IMG/VR virus record: IMGVR_UViG_3300020215_000008 | Location: 1-54,069 of that record | Direction: 5' to 3' (one strand) | DNA from: a virus | Taxonomy: Duplodnaviria; Caudoviricetes | Length of the DNA stretch: 54,069 nt | Part shown: positions 1 to 9,228 of the stretch, one piece after another | Position numbering within the stretch: the first letter of the stretch is position 1 | Layout of the letters: each line of letters opens with the position of its first letter | The notes under the pieces: model-generated | Databases searched by the model: none | Told to the model about the DNA's origin: nothing | What the model saw: only the letters and a program-made list of their open reading frames with translations | Translations under genes and position numbers: made by a program

Positions 1-127
1 ACTGTGCGCTCGAACATCGAGAGCGTCTCGACGTCGTCCTGTGCAACCGCTGCATTGTCAACATTGGCCAACCACGCCTGCGTCGTCGGCGCCTCGTTCG
101 CGTCCATGAGCGCGCCGTACTTGCTTG
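1..127. repeat. Terminal direct repeat (assembly overlap of a circular genome), copy 1
   Basis: 1-127 identical to 53943-54069; the length matches a common assembler k-mer and it falls mid-gene. Confidence 0.95.
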
Positions 128-308
128 GCCGCAGGTAGGGCTCCGGATTTGCCGCAATCACGTGCGCGGGCACTCCGCGTGCACGCGCTTCGTCGATGGC
201 TTTGGCGTATGCGTCCGGATTGAACTGCGAGGCCACTTGCTGCGAGACAGCCGCCTGCTGCGTGCGCTCTTCGTCGAGCGCATCCATCAAATCGCCGTAT
301 TTACTCAA
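1..308 (-). CDS. N-terminal part of the giant internal virion protein (continues across the circular junction to 48245)
   Basis: TTG at 308 overlaps the upstream TGA (TTGA); open frame MSKYGDLMDALDEERTQQ... runs into MDANEAPTT at 107 (=54049); 67+1934=2001 aa. Confidence 0.8.
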   Translation of the reverse strand, partial: MSKYGDLMDALDEERTQQAAVSQQVASQFNPDAYAKAIDEARARGVPAHVIAANPEPYLRPSKYGALMDANEAPTTQAWLANVDNAAVAQDDVETLSMFERT

Positions 309-1933
309 GGGTTGGCCGCCTTGTACCAGCGGAGGATCTCAGCCTGAGACACAGGCTTCCCACGCCGCTGGAGCTCCCGAATAATCTCGTTTCGATCCGA
401 CTCTGGCACTTCAGGGATATCGGTCGCGTCCAACTCGTAAACCTTCTTGGTAGTATCGAACCAATAGTCTCGGTTGATCGCCACGTCCGCAGTTAGATCG
501 TCAAGGATCTTGCGAGCATCTTCTGTGGTCGCCGGTTTGCCGGTGATCTCGCGTACCGAGCGCAGCCGATCCTCATACATCGTCACAAACTTACGCCGAG
601 CGGCGGCCTTGTCGGCAGACTCATTCTTTGCTGGAGCGGCCGCGCCGAAGATGTCACGCAAACGCTCATCGCGCACCTGATTGAGCGTCATAAACCCGGT
701 GGCCTTGCCATCAAGTGACCCGCTGCGAATCTTGCGCTGCAGATCGACGAACTCTTCGAAGTCCCCATCCGAAAGCTTGTCGCGGTACTCGAGCATGTCG
801 AGCTCGCCGAATGCCTGCGGGTTATCCCCAGAAAGCTGGGACAGCTTGACCAAGGTTTCAGGATCCGTACGGCGAACGCCACCGCCAGCTTGCTGCTCAG
901 CATACGCGCGCAGCGAGTTCAACGCCGATGGCTTCAATCCGTTCTTGATGCTCAAAGGCAGATCAGCAAACTTCCCACCGCCATTGATGAAATCAAGCGC
1001 CTCTTCCTGAAGCTGTTCACGGAATTCAACTTCGGCAAGCTTCGCTTCGGCTTGGCGGATCTTGATGCGACTCACAGTCGAATCGCGGACTTCTGGGTCC
1101 TCAATCTCGCGCGCGGCCGCGAGTGCAGCTGACCAATTGCCGCCGTGCTGAGAGACAATCGCATCCTCTTGCGCCTGCGACTCACGCCGCACCGTCAAGT
1201 CGCGATCTTCCTTCTTAGCGGCCTCGAGCAACGCGGCGCGCTTATCCGGCGCGATGTAATCAGCCACTGTGCCCTTCGGCTTCGAAAGCATTTCTACACG
1301 CTGGGCCGCCGGCTGCATGGAGACGTAACCCTCTGCATAGTCAGCCGTCCACCGCTGGCGCATGTTGACGCGCTCTTCAGGAGACACGTAGCCCTTCGCG
1401 TAAGCGCCATCGATAGCGTCTATCGTCGCGCCGATTAATGCAGACCGCGTCGATTCATCCTTCGCATTCAATGCCGCCGTGCGATTGGAGCTCAAGATGT
1501 TATCCAACGAGGCGCGACCGACACCCACTTCCTTCTGCTTGGCGAGCCCACGCACTTCACCGACGCCGCGCTCAAAGTCGAGCTTGGCGTCCATGTCGAA
1601 CAACGCACGGTCACGAGGGCTGCGAATCATGCCAACAGCCTTCTCTCGCGCCTTCGTCATTACATCCGCATAACGCTTTTCGTACGTCTCAAAATCCTGA
1701 TCGTTTTCAAGCGCTCGACGGGCTTCTACATCAGCCTGAAGCAAGGCGGACTTCGCCTCAGCAAACTTGAAGCGGTCTTCTTTCTCCTGCAGGTTATCGG
1801 CGACCTGCCCGAGCGTCGCACCGAACTGCCCAACGGCATCCGCCAGAATCTCGCCGGAGCGATCCTGAAAACGAGGTGTGCGCGTCCGCGGCGTCGAATA
1901 GCCGAGCTGCGATGCGTCAGGGATGCGTGCCAT
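305..1933 (-). CDS. Internal virion (ejection) protein, 542 aa
   Basis: Helical/charged ORF, MARIP N-terminus, position between tail tube genes and the giant protein as in BPP-1/T7-like podoviruses. Confidence 0.65.
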   Translation of the reverse strand: MARIPDASQLGYSTPRTRTPRFQDRSGEILADAVGQFGATLGQVADNLQEKEDRFKFAEAKSALLQADVEARRALENDQDFETYEKRYADVMTKAREKAVGMIRSPRDRALFDMDAKLDFERGVGEVRGLAKQKEVGVGRASLDNILSSNRTAALNAKDESTRSALIGATIDAIDGAYAKGYVSPEERVNMRQRWTADYAEGYVSMQPAAQRVEMLSKPKGTVADYIAPDKRAALLEAAKKEDRDLTVRRESQAQEDAIVSQHGGNWSAALAAAREIEDPEVRDSTVSRIKIRQAEAKLAEVEFREQLQEEALDFINGGGKFADLPLSIKNGLKPSALNSLRAYAEQQAGGGVRRTDPETLVKLSQLSGDNPQAFGELDMLEYRDKLSDGDFEEFVDLQRKIRSGSLDGKATGFMTLNQVRDERLRDIFGAAAPAKNESADKAAARRKFVTMYEDRLRSVREITGKPATTEDARKILDDLTADVAINRDYWFDTTKKVYELDATDIPEVPESDRNEIIRELQRRGKPVSQAEILRWYKAANP

Positions 1934-2398
1934 CTAAGCGCCGTACTTGCTATACCAAGATTCAGCGCCGGCTAGCGCCGTCGACGTCGCCGCCATGTAG
2001 CCCGCCTGTCGAGTAGCACGAGCCTCTCTCACGGCGCTACGTGCGCCGCGCTGAAAACCGCGCGCGGTCGTATCACCCGTATACATCGCATTGAGTGCAT
2101 TAACCTCGCCCTGCGTATCGATGTCGGTCATGATATTGACGATCGAGGGATCGGAAACGCCTGCACCTGATGCGGCTGCAACCGCTCGAGCGCGCGACAT
2201 CAGTTGAGCCGCCTTGCGCCGTTCGATCTGGGCCTCGCGCTGAGCTTCTGCCTGTGCTGCGTTTGCGTCTTCCTTCCGCTCGCGCGCAAGCTGTTGCAGC
2301 TGTGCTTGGTCCGCGTTGGACTTCTGGATCTGCGCGCTAACGCCTAGCGCAGTGGACGCGAGGCTGATGTACGGCAGTGCTGCACTTAGGAAGGCCAT
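1934..2398 (-). CDS. Small internal virion protein (T7 gp14-like position)
   Basis: Ala/Gly-rich hydrophobic N-terminus, coiled coil, ARAVAAASGAG motif, synteny. Confidence 0.65.
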   Translation of the reverse strand: MAFLSAALPYISLASTALGVSAQIQKSNADQAQLQQLARERKEDANAAQAEAQREAQIERRKAAQLMSRARAVAAASGAGVSDPSIVNIMTDIDTQGEVNALNAMYTGDTTARGFQRGARSAVREARATRQAGYMAATSTALAGAESWYSKYGA

Positions 2399-2724
2399 CG
2401 ATACACCTCGCCCTGCACGTGCTCAAACCCTAGTCGGGGCAGAATGTCTGTGCCTGGCTGCCTGATCGCTAACACGGTTCTCTTGCTCTGCTTTACCAGT
2501 TTCATGGCCAATGCGATCGCGCGATATACCGCCATTGATTTCAGGTACGGTTCAATTTCAGGCTTAGAGTCAGCGAATAACGTGCAGCAATCGACGCCCA
2601 TTGCAAGCCCAATAATCCCAACTGGCTGCTCATCGACGATAACTGCAACCGCGCGCATGCTCATCTCGTGCGGGCGTCCGTAGAAGGCGAGCACGTCTGC
2701 TTGCGTTGCATAACGGTAGGTCAC
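2386..2724 (-). CDS. T7 gp13-like/GNAT-fold virion assembly protein
   Basis: GTG overlaps tail tube B stop; YRYATQAD start and LPRLGF motif near the C-terminus; synteny. Confidence 0.5.
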   Translation of the reverse strand: MTYRYATQADVLAFYGRPHEMSMRAVAVIVDEQPVGIIGLAMGVDCCTLFADSKPEIEPYLKSMAVYRAIALAMKLVKQSKRTVLAIRQPGTDILPRLGFEHVQGEVYRWPS

Positions 2725-5423
2725 GCTTTTTCGCTGATGAACATCGACACCGTGCACGCCAGTACCGTGCAGGGCCTCGGGGCGGTCGCCTTCAGACATA
2801 CGCGGCTATCAGTGCTCCATTCGCCAGGGAACTCGATCATGTCCTTGTCGTAGGTCTCCCATACGTGATTTGTGCCAACCTCGGCCTCCGCCTCATACGC
2901 AGGCATGTCATCCATGGTCTCGAAGTCCGGGCCGAACTGAATGCCGCCCTTGTGGGTGTCCGCCAGGATCAGGCCGATCTGGTCGATCTTCTTGCGCTGA
3001 TTCAACGGGGATCCCATCGCTGCACCGAAGGCTTGCTTGGCGCTCTTAAATTGCGCGGTATAGGCCAAGCCTACGCATGCATTCGTCACGGAAGCAGACA
3101 AGCCCGTGATCTGGCCACCAGAGACCGTAAATGTTCCGAAGTCCCGGCCTACCGCGTCACCATCGTCGTTTGTGAATGGCGTCGTCGTGTTCCAACCCCA
3201 GCACACCACCTCTTCGCCTTCCAGGTGCGAGAGGCCTGTGATCGTCGTCGTAGCCGATCCGGAGTAATAGACGAATGAGTCAGCTAGCTTACCCACGGGA
3301 TTACCGCGGCACTCGGACTCAAGCGCCCACTTCTCAATGAAGCGCTTCGTGCTGCCGTTGATCGTTCGTTTGACGACGTAGTAGACCGCGTCTTCGCCTG
3401 CACCTGGCAACACACATGCGTCTTCGACGTCTCCGTCCGTTTCGATCTCGACCCAGCAAATGACGTTCTCTGCTGAATCAAAAATCAAGACTGCTACCGT
3501 GCCATCATCGCGCACGCAGTGCACGCGCGTATCCGGCTGCCTCTGTACTGCAATGTGCCGGATGCCGGACTCATTTAAGTCCGGCACGTGTAGCGTTAGG
3601 TCCTCTGAGCGGTAGTCGTTTTGATCGATGTTGTACGAAAGCGCGTAGAGCCGTTGACCGGCGCGCTGCACATACAGCCCCATTGAATCGACGCGTACGG
3701 CATTGATCAGTGCAGACCCTTGCGTCGACGCAGGCTTGATATTGAAGTTGTCCGGTGTCAGCGGCTCGTCAAAGGAACTCGAGCGCGCCGAGAACTCCGC
3801 GCCCTGCGTCCCAATCAAGAGACGCTGCATCGGGAGCGCCCAGCAGATCGAATCTACTGGTCCCTCGCCAATACTCCGGTTGATCGGCCCTGCGTCACCT
3901 TCGAAGGTATCGTCGAAGTCCTCAAACGAGTCTGAGATTGACCCGATCGCCTTGTCTGCGCCAAACCACCACAACCGTCCTTCGTAGAGCGCAACAGCCG
4001 AAGGCCAGCCGCGGCGATCGCTCCACGTAGACTCCCACCAATCGGAGCTCGCGGTCGTGGCACCGAAGTCTTGGAGCACGACCGCACTCACAGACGTTGG
4101 CCCAGAGTAAGCCGTGACGCGCGCAATACCCGTGATACCGCCAGAGGTGAATGACAGCGTTGCTGTGACGCTCCCAGACGTGAACCCGCCGGCCTTCACA
4201 CCGATGCGGTAGTAGATGATCTGATTGTCCAGGTCATCGTTATAGCTGATCGATTGCGCCGTTGTGTACGTCGCTACATCCACCCAACTGCCCGGCTCGC
4301 CAACGGAATACTGCAACGTGAGCGTCGCGGTGAATGTGCCGCTAATCGAGATGCCAAATGCGCGCTGCCCTTCAACTCCCGCCACGCGAATCGAATTTGT
4401 GAATGTGTCTTCTGCCGTGATCGTCGATGTGACTGTCTGTCCCGTTGATTGAATACGGAACAAGGACCCCACATTCGTCGACCGAAAGAACGGCGAACTT
4501 GCGGTGATGGTGATGTCACCCGTCAGTGCGCTCGGCGTCAGCGTGATCGGCGTGGTGTTGACATTCCGGAACGGACCGGTCTCCGGCTCATACAAAACGA
4601 CCGACCATGATCGTGCCGCACGGCGCTCGACCTTGCGCTGCTGGTATCCATCGCAGGCTAGATACAGCACGTCACCCGATTGGGTCATGCGAATCAATTC
4701 CAGATCCGCCGTCTGCCATGGCACGACGATCTCCATCGCGCCAGATGATTCAACCCCGACCGAATCAACCAGCGCCGTGAACGACCGTCGATTCATCAAC
4801 CGGATGTGGAAATCGCCGGTTGGCGTGAACGCCAGCGAATGCGTTCCCGTGCCGAGCGTCGTTTCTGTGATGTAGTCATCACCGCCGGAGCTCGACCCTA
4901 CACGCAAAATCACCGGCCCACGAGCAATCACGATACGCAACGCATGCTCTGTGCCGGTTTGGGTGATCGCCACTTGCTGGTCGCGAATCGCGGCATTCGT
5001 GCCTGTGCCCAAGAGCGCCAGGTATCCGCCGGTCAGCCAGGTGGAGGCTGCGCCCGATTCGTCACTGTCAGTCCAGCCACTAACGTCGGATGCGAACCCA
5101 CCGTTAGTCACAGCGGCAGATACCGATGGCCGCGAGACCAGCTCATCATTGATGCGAACGCGCAACAGCCCATCAGTAATCTCGAGCTGCGCGGTGTCGT
5201 CGGTCGCGAATACAAACGGCAGTAGCTTTGCCTGGAAGTCGTCGTTCGTTCCGTCTATATACTCCAAGCCAGGCCGCAACATCATGGAGCCGAGCGTGCG
5301 CGGCATCCAGTTCGTCATCACCTCGGCAGACAACGACGTGCGATTCAGATCGATACGCGCCAATCCCAGCCGAGAAAGCAACCCCCTATTGAACGATAGG
5401 AGGCTCGCGTGTTGCTTTGGCAT
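2721..5423 (-). CDS. Tail tubular protein B / nozzle (T7 gp12-like), 900 aa
   Basis: SFNRG N-terminus, GWPSAVALYEGRLWW motif, beta-rich, synteny. Confidence 0.85.
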   Translation of the reverse strand: MPKQHASLLSFNRGLLSRLGLARIDLNRTSLSAEVMTNWMPRTLGSMMLRPGLEYIDGTNDDFQAKLLPFVFATDDTAQLEITDGLLRVRINDELVSRPSVSAAVTNGGFASDVSGWTDSDESGAASTWLTGGYLALLGTGTNAAIRDQQVAITQTGTEHALRIVIARGPVILRVGSSSGGDDYITETTLGTGTHSLAFTPTGDFHIRLMNRRSFTALVDSVGVESSGAMEIVVPWQTADLELIRMTQSGDVLYLACDGYQQRKVERRAARSWSVVLYEPETGPFRNVNTTPITLTPSALTGDITITASSPFFRSTNVGSLFRIQSTGQTVTSTITAEDTFTNSIRVAGVEGQRAFGISISGTFTATLTLQYSVGEPGSWVDVATYTTAQSISYNDDLDNQIIYYRIGVKAGGFTSGSVTATLSFTSGGITGIARVTAYSGPTSVSAVVLQDFGATTASSDWWESTWSDRRGWPSAVALYEGRLWWFGADKAIGSISDSFEDFDDTFEGDAGPINRSIGEGPVDSICWALPMQRLLIGTQGAEFSARSSSFDEPLTPDNFNIKPASTQGSALINAVRVDSMGLYVQRAGQRLYALSYNIDQNDYRSEDLTLHVPDLNESGIRHIAVQRQPDTRVHCVRDDGTVAVLIFDSAENVICWVEIETDGDVEDACVLPGAGEDAVYYVVKRTINGSTKRFIEKWALESECRGNPVGKLADSFVYYSGSATTTITGLSHLEGEEVVCWGWNTTTPFTNDDGDAVGRDFGTFTVSGGQITGLSASVTNACVGLAYTAQFKSAKQAFGAAMGSPLNQRKKIDQIGLILADTHKGGIQFGPDFETMDDMPAYEAEAEVGTNHVWETYDKDMIEFPGEWSTDSRVCLKATAPRPCTVLACTVSMFISEKA

Positions 5424-6061
5424 TACCCGATCAGCCGCCCACGTCGGCCGCGCTCACGATTGCCACGTCCTGCGCGTGCCCGACTCCAAGACCCGGACGG
5501 CAGAAATGCAGTAGCCTCATCCATCGCATCGCTCGACTTAGCCTTCGTGAGCCACACTTCAGCGTCACGCTCGAGCGCATCCTTCTTGGACTGGTTTTGG
5601 GTCAGTGACATGCACGCACGTGCAGCCAGCCAAGACTCAACGTAGCGCGTGAAGTTAGGAGGCCAGATCGAAAGATCACCCCCGTATTGCTCGTCGTCAG
5701 AAACGAACTTGACGTAAATGGTGTCTAAGTCCGCGTATAGGTAAGCCGCCTCATCCGTGTACTCCAAGAGTGGAGAGCGGAAATATTCATCCTCGCAGAT
5801 GGCGGCCGTGCGGATCCAATCAGAGGCTTTGTCGAAAGCACGCGAGTATCCGAAGTCCGGCTCAACCGAAGGCGAATACTCCACGCTCATGGTTCGAATC
5901 GCGAAGTTCCACAGACCTGCCGCTAGCACAGTCTGCACCGCATCCGCGTCCCAAATAGAATCGAGCACGCGACGAGATTCACGGTTCTCCGAAAGAGACG
6001 ACAGTTTGCGGCTGCCGATCTCTCGCAGAGCTCCGTTGTACAGACTTAGCTTTGACGCCAT
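5423..6061 (-). CDS. Tail tubular protein A / adaptor (T7 gp11-like)
   Basis: LYNGALREIG and WNFA motifs, 212 aa, synteny. Confidence 0.85.
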   Translation of the reverse strand: MASKLSLYNGALREIGSRKLSSLSENRESRRVLDSIWDADAVQTVLAAGLWNFAIRTMSVEYSPSVEPDFGYSRAFDKASDWIRTAAICEDEYFRSPLLEYTDEAAYLYADLDTIYVKFVSDDEQYGGDLSIWPPNFTRYVESWLAARACMSLTQNQSKKDALERDAEVWLTKAKSSDAMDEATAFLPSGSWSRARAGRGNRERGRRGRLIG

Positions 6062-6070
6062 AGGTCCTCG

Positions 6071-6508
6071 CTAGGCAGCAGCTTTCTTTTTGAGCTTCAG
6101 ATGATCGATCACCCAGGCCTCCGCCTCGGTCTTGCTCAATCCGTCTTTGAGTACGTCTGTACCCCGTAGCACGCACCAGTTCTTCTTTAATCCTCGGTAC
6201 TTCACGTCGTAGCCTTCGGGCAGATCGATGTTCAGTATTTGCGTCGATTCAATCTCAAAGCACTCACCGGGGATCTTCACGACCTTTGCGAAGAGTCGAC
6301 CCGCCTCGATAACCAGAAGTCCCGCGTGATACAAGTTGTCTTCCGCCAGCGCATAGATACGATCGCCGCGGCGCAACTTGGCGGATACATGAGCCCAATA
6401 TTCCGGCTTAAGTAACGCTTCCATCGGAGTTCCATACTCAGGCTCCGCATGCCATTGGTTGCGTACGACGTCGGATTGCTTGAAGCGCGAAGGGGTCAAT
6501 TGGGTCAT
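6071..6508 (-). CDS. Hypothetical protein in head-tail region
   Basis: 145-aa ORF with GGAG RBS, in late operon. Confidence 0.6.
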   Translation of the reverse strand: MTQLTPSRFKQSDVVRNQWHAEPEYGTPMEALLKPEYWAHVSAKLRRGDRIYALAEDNLYHAGLLVIEAGRLFAKVVKIPGECFEIESTQILNIDLPEGYDVKYRGLKKNWCVLRGTDVLKDGLSKTEAEAWVIDHLKLKKKAAA

Positions 6509-6529
6509 CTGCCAGTCTCCTGTGTTGAG

Positions 6530-6556
6530 AAAAGAAAAGGGCCACCGAAGTGGCCC
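6530..6556 (-). terminator. Intrinsic terminator after capsid/decoration genes
   Basis: GGGCCAC-TTCG-GTGGCCC followed by TTTTCTTTT on minus strand. Confidence 0.85.
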
Positions 6557-6583
6557 CTTTCGCTTGCGATTTGCCCGTGAAGG

Positions 6584-6865
6584 TTAGTCGCTGTTCGTCG
6601 CCGAGCCGACCGTAGTGCCGTCGCGCAGATCAGCCGCGCCGGTCGTCGAGCTCACAGTGGCCACAAGGTGCGTCGACAGGATCGTGCTTGCCGTGTTGTA
6701 GGCAATCACAATGTCGCCGGCCTTCATGCCCAGCTGCAAAGCGTTGGTGATATAGCCAGAAGCATCGATCGTTGCAGCCGCATCGGCAGACTCGTAGTAC
6801 CAAGTACGACGGCCAGCAATGGATTGCGTCTGCAGAATCGGAGGACTAGAAGTCGAGTAAGCCAT
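6584..6865 (-). CDS. Probable capsid decoration/cement protein
   Basis: 93-aa Ala/Thr-rich ORF directly after the capsid gene and before the terminator. Confidence 0.55.
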   Translation of the reverse strand: MAYSTSSPPILQTQSIAGRRTWYYESADAAATIDASGYITNALQLGMKAGDIVIAYNTASTILSTHLVATVSSTTGAADLRDGTTVGSATNSD

Positions 6866-6880
6866 GTGTCAGTGCTCCAA

Positions 6881-7735
6881 TTAAGCGTAAGCGGAACCGT
6901 CGTGGACCATTTCCACCACGCCCGTGTTCTGCAGCAACGCGCAGCCCATGTTGATGGTCGTACGCGCCCACGAGTACGCCTGCTCTTCGTCGTAACCCAC
7001 CACCGACTGCAAGCCAGCGGTATCTACCGCGTGACCGATCGCCGATTTGTGGAACATGAAGCAGGACTCGCTGCTGGTGCCCACGCCGGTCACGTTCGGA
7101 TGAACGATCCAGTTCACATTGAGCCAGCGATACATCTGCGGACGATCGCGCCAGGCCGGATCCGCGCCCTCAGTCGGCAGCTTGTTGACGTACTCGCGCG
7201 AGGCAAATTCCTTGATCTGCATCAAGTACGCCTCAAAGGCCGGCGAAACCACCGCATAGATGTTGCCGTCCCACGGCACACCCGCGTTGCCGAGCTTCGT
7301 CTTCGCCTTCATGACGAGAGCCAGTGACGCCTGCACTGCAGCGCCGGTCGTGATCGTGCCGGTCGCCAAGCACGTCAGGATGTCACTGTCGATCTTGCGA
7401 TTGACCACTGCACGCGAAGTCGCTTGCATGATTGCGCGCTGATTACCCTGCGATGCGAAGACGTTGAAGTCCGTCTTGCGAACGAGGTCATGCCATTCAG
7501 CAAGCGTCGCGCTGGTCTGGGTCAGGTTGTCCGCGCGTGCCGGGATGAGACCGTTCACGCCGCGAGTGACCGCCGTCGCTGCACCGCTGTCCGCGATCAG
7601 GAACGTGGCCGTATTGCCCTTGATGACCGCTTCGGTCGTGACGCATTCGCGCAGCAGGGATTGATTCTGCTCGAAGCCGGCGATGAATTCTTGCCGGTAT
7701 TGAGTTTGAAAAGCTGTTTCAGCCATTGATGCCAA
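6881..7735 (-). CDS. Major capsid protein
   Basis: 284 aa, AFQTQY...Q..SLLR N-terminal pattern, follows scaffold gene. Confidence 0.85.
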   Translation of the reverse strand: MASMAETAFQTQYRQEFIAGFEQNQSLLRECVTTEAVIKGNTATFLIADSGAATAVTRGVNGLIPARADNLTQTSATLAEWHDLVRKTDFNVFASQGNQRAIMQATSRAVVNRKIDSDILTCLATGTITTGAAVQASLALVMKAKTKLGNAGVPWDGNIYAVVSPAFEAYLMQIKEFASREYVNKLPTEGADPAWRDRPQMYRWLNVNWIVHPNVTGVGTSSESCFMFHKSAIGHAVDTAGLQSVVGYDEEQAYSWARTTINMGCALLQNTGVVEMVHDGSAYA

Positions 7736-7744
7736 CTCCGAAAG

Positions 7745-7905
7745 TAAAGGGGTGTTAAGCCTTCGCTCGGGTTGGCTGCTGATCGGTTAGCGTCGGGTTG
7801 TCCGCATTGCGCGGGCCTAGCTAACACTTCGCAGGGCCTTGCTACAGCAAGTGTGCTGAGAGTCGAACAGGGTCCTTTCGGGTTGGCTGCCAACTCTCAG
7901 CTTGC
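7745..7905 (-). ncRNA. Candidate structured cis-regulatory leader of the capsid gene
   Basis: Long hairpin 7855-7901 and nested stems containing three copies of a G(C/A)CAACCC / GG(A)CCC internal loop. Confidence 0.55.
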
Positions 7906-7912
7906 ACCAATC

Positions 7913-7940
7913 ACTATAACAATTGTCTATCGAATGTCAA
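7913..7940 (-). promoter_or_regulatory. Sigma70-like promoter upstream of the capsid gene
   Basis: TTGACA-16 nt-TATAGT with TG extension. Confidence 0.65.
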
Positions 7941-7957
7941 CTATCGATCGGCATTCT

Positions 7958-8935
7958 CTATGCTGCTTTGCCCTTCGCTTGTAGCTGTGCGCGGGTGTCA
8001 TAGAGCTGCCGCAATCGTGCTTGCATGTTTTCGTCCTTGTTGTATTCAGTGCGACGTGTACGCATCACTGTCTCGATCTTGTCGATCTCGCCCTGCACGG
8101 AATCCAGTTGCGAAGGATTCCCGCCGCCCGGAACAATCGTGCCGCCTGGATTCGCAAGACGTGCCTGCGCTGCAAACCACTTGACGATGTCCGGGTTGTT
8201 GAACAGCCGCGTGCCATCGGGCATCAGTGCATCCATCAGCATCGGCTTGAGTTCGCCCAGAGAGTCCAGGTGCGAAGTGATCAGGTTGATATTCGCCTTG
8301 TGATCCTGGCCCCATTCCTTGCGCAGCGCTTCGCTCGCCTGAGCCGCCTGCTGCTTCTCCATTTCTTGCGCCTTCGCGAGCTGCGCTTCCTGCATGCCGT
8401 AGTACCATTCAACCGCCTTGTGCATGGCAGCCGGCGGCAGATTTAGTTCATGCATTGCGCCAGCAAAGTCTGAGAACAGTTCCTTGTCCTCTTCGCCGAT
8501 CACCAGCCCTTCAGGCATCTTCTCAAAGTAGCCTTCAGGCTTCTCCGGAATGCCGTGCTCTGCGCGATACTCGGCGATCTGCTCAGGCGTCGCATCCTTC
8601 GGTAACGGCTTGGCGAGCTCGCCCGAACGAATCTTCTTGGCCGCCTCGTTATACGATTTCACTAACGCCGCAGGGCTTTCGAACCGCTCGAGCATCTTGG
8701 CGACTTTCTCATCACCGCCGGACCAATCCGAGCGCCAGGTCTCAGGCCACTTCGCTGGCTCACCCTGCTGCTGCGTCGTTTGCGCTTCCTCACCGGGTGA
8801 CTCAGTCGATAATGCCGTCACCCCAGCCGTCGTTGTCGCTTTTACGTCTTGCGACTCAGTCGTTGCCGACGTCTTCGTCGGTTCAGTCGTTGTAGTAGTC
8901 GCAGTCGGTTCGGTCGCGGTCGTCTCAGTCGTCAC
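7958..8935 (-). CDS. Capsid scaffolding protein
   Basis: Thr-rich N-terminus, LRKEWG motif, position between portal and capsid. Confidence 0.8.
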   Translation of the reverse strand: MTTETTATEPTATTTTTEPTKTSATTESQDVKATTTAGVTALSTESPGEEAQTTQQQGEPAKWPETWRSDWSGGDEKVAKMLERFESPAALVKSYNEAAKKIRSGELAKPLPKDATPEQIAEYRAEHGIPEKPEGYFEKMPEGLVIGEEDKELFSDFAGAMHELNLPPAAMHKAVEWYYGMQEAQLAKAQEMEKQQAAQASEALRKEWGQDHKANINLITSHLDSLGELKPMLMDALMPDGTRLFNNPDIVKWFAAQARLANPGGTIVPGGGNPSQLDSVQGEIDKIETVMRTRRTEYNKDENMQARLRQLYDTRAQLQAKGKAA

Positions 8936-9228
8936 TTGCCAGTCTCCTGTGTGGATTGCCGCTTCGCTTGCCGAATCGCGGCTAGATTGATTTTGAGCAG
9001 CTTCACCAGCTGCAAGCCCACCCAGCGCTTACCCTCTGCAAAGTCAGAGTCGCGTGCGCTATCGGGCCGGTAGGAAAGGTCGTAGGTGCCTGCGATCTGG
9101 ATCATGTAATCCAGGGCACGCTTTTGCTGTTCGGGCGTCGCCTCGCCACGCTGCAGAGCTTGCAGCGCAGAAACGTCCGCCGGTTCCCAATGCGCCGGGA
9201 ACCAAGGCGCGGTAATGGTTTTCTTCAA
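8932..9228 (-). CDS. Bbp19-like conserved phage protein
   Basis: FAEGKRWVG motif; between portal and scaffold as in BPP-1-like phages. Confidence 0.65.
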   Translation of the reverse strand: MKKTITAPWFPAHWEPADVSALQALQRGEATPEQQKRALDYMIQIAGTYDLSYRPDSARDSDFAEGKRWVGLQLVKLLKINLAAIRQAKRQSTQETGK

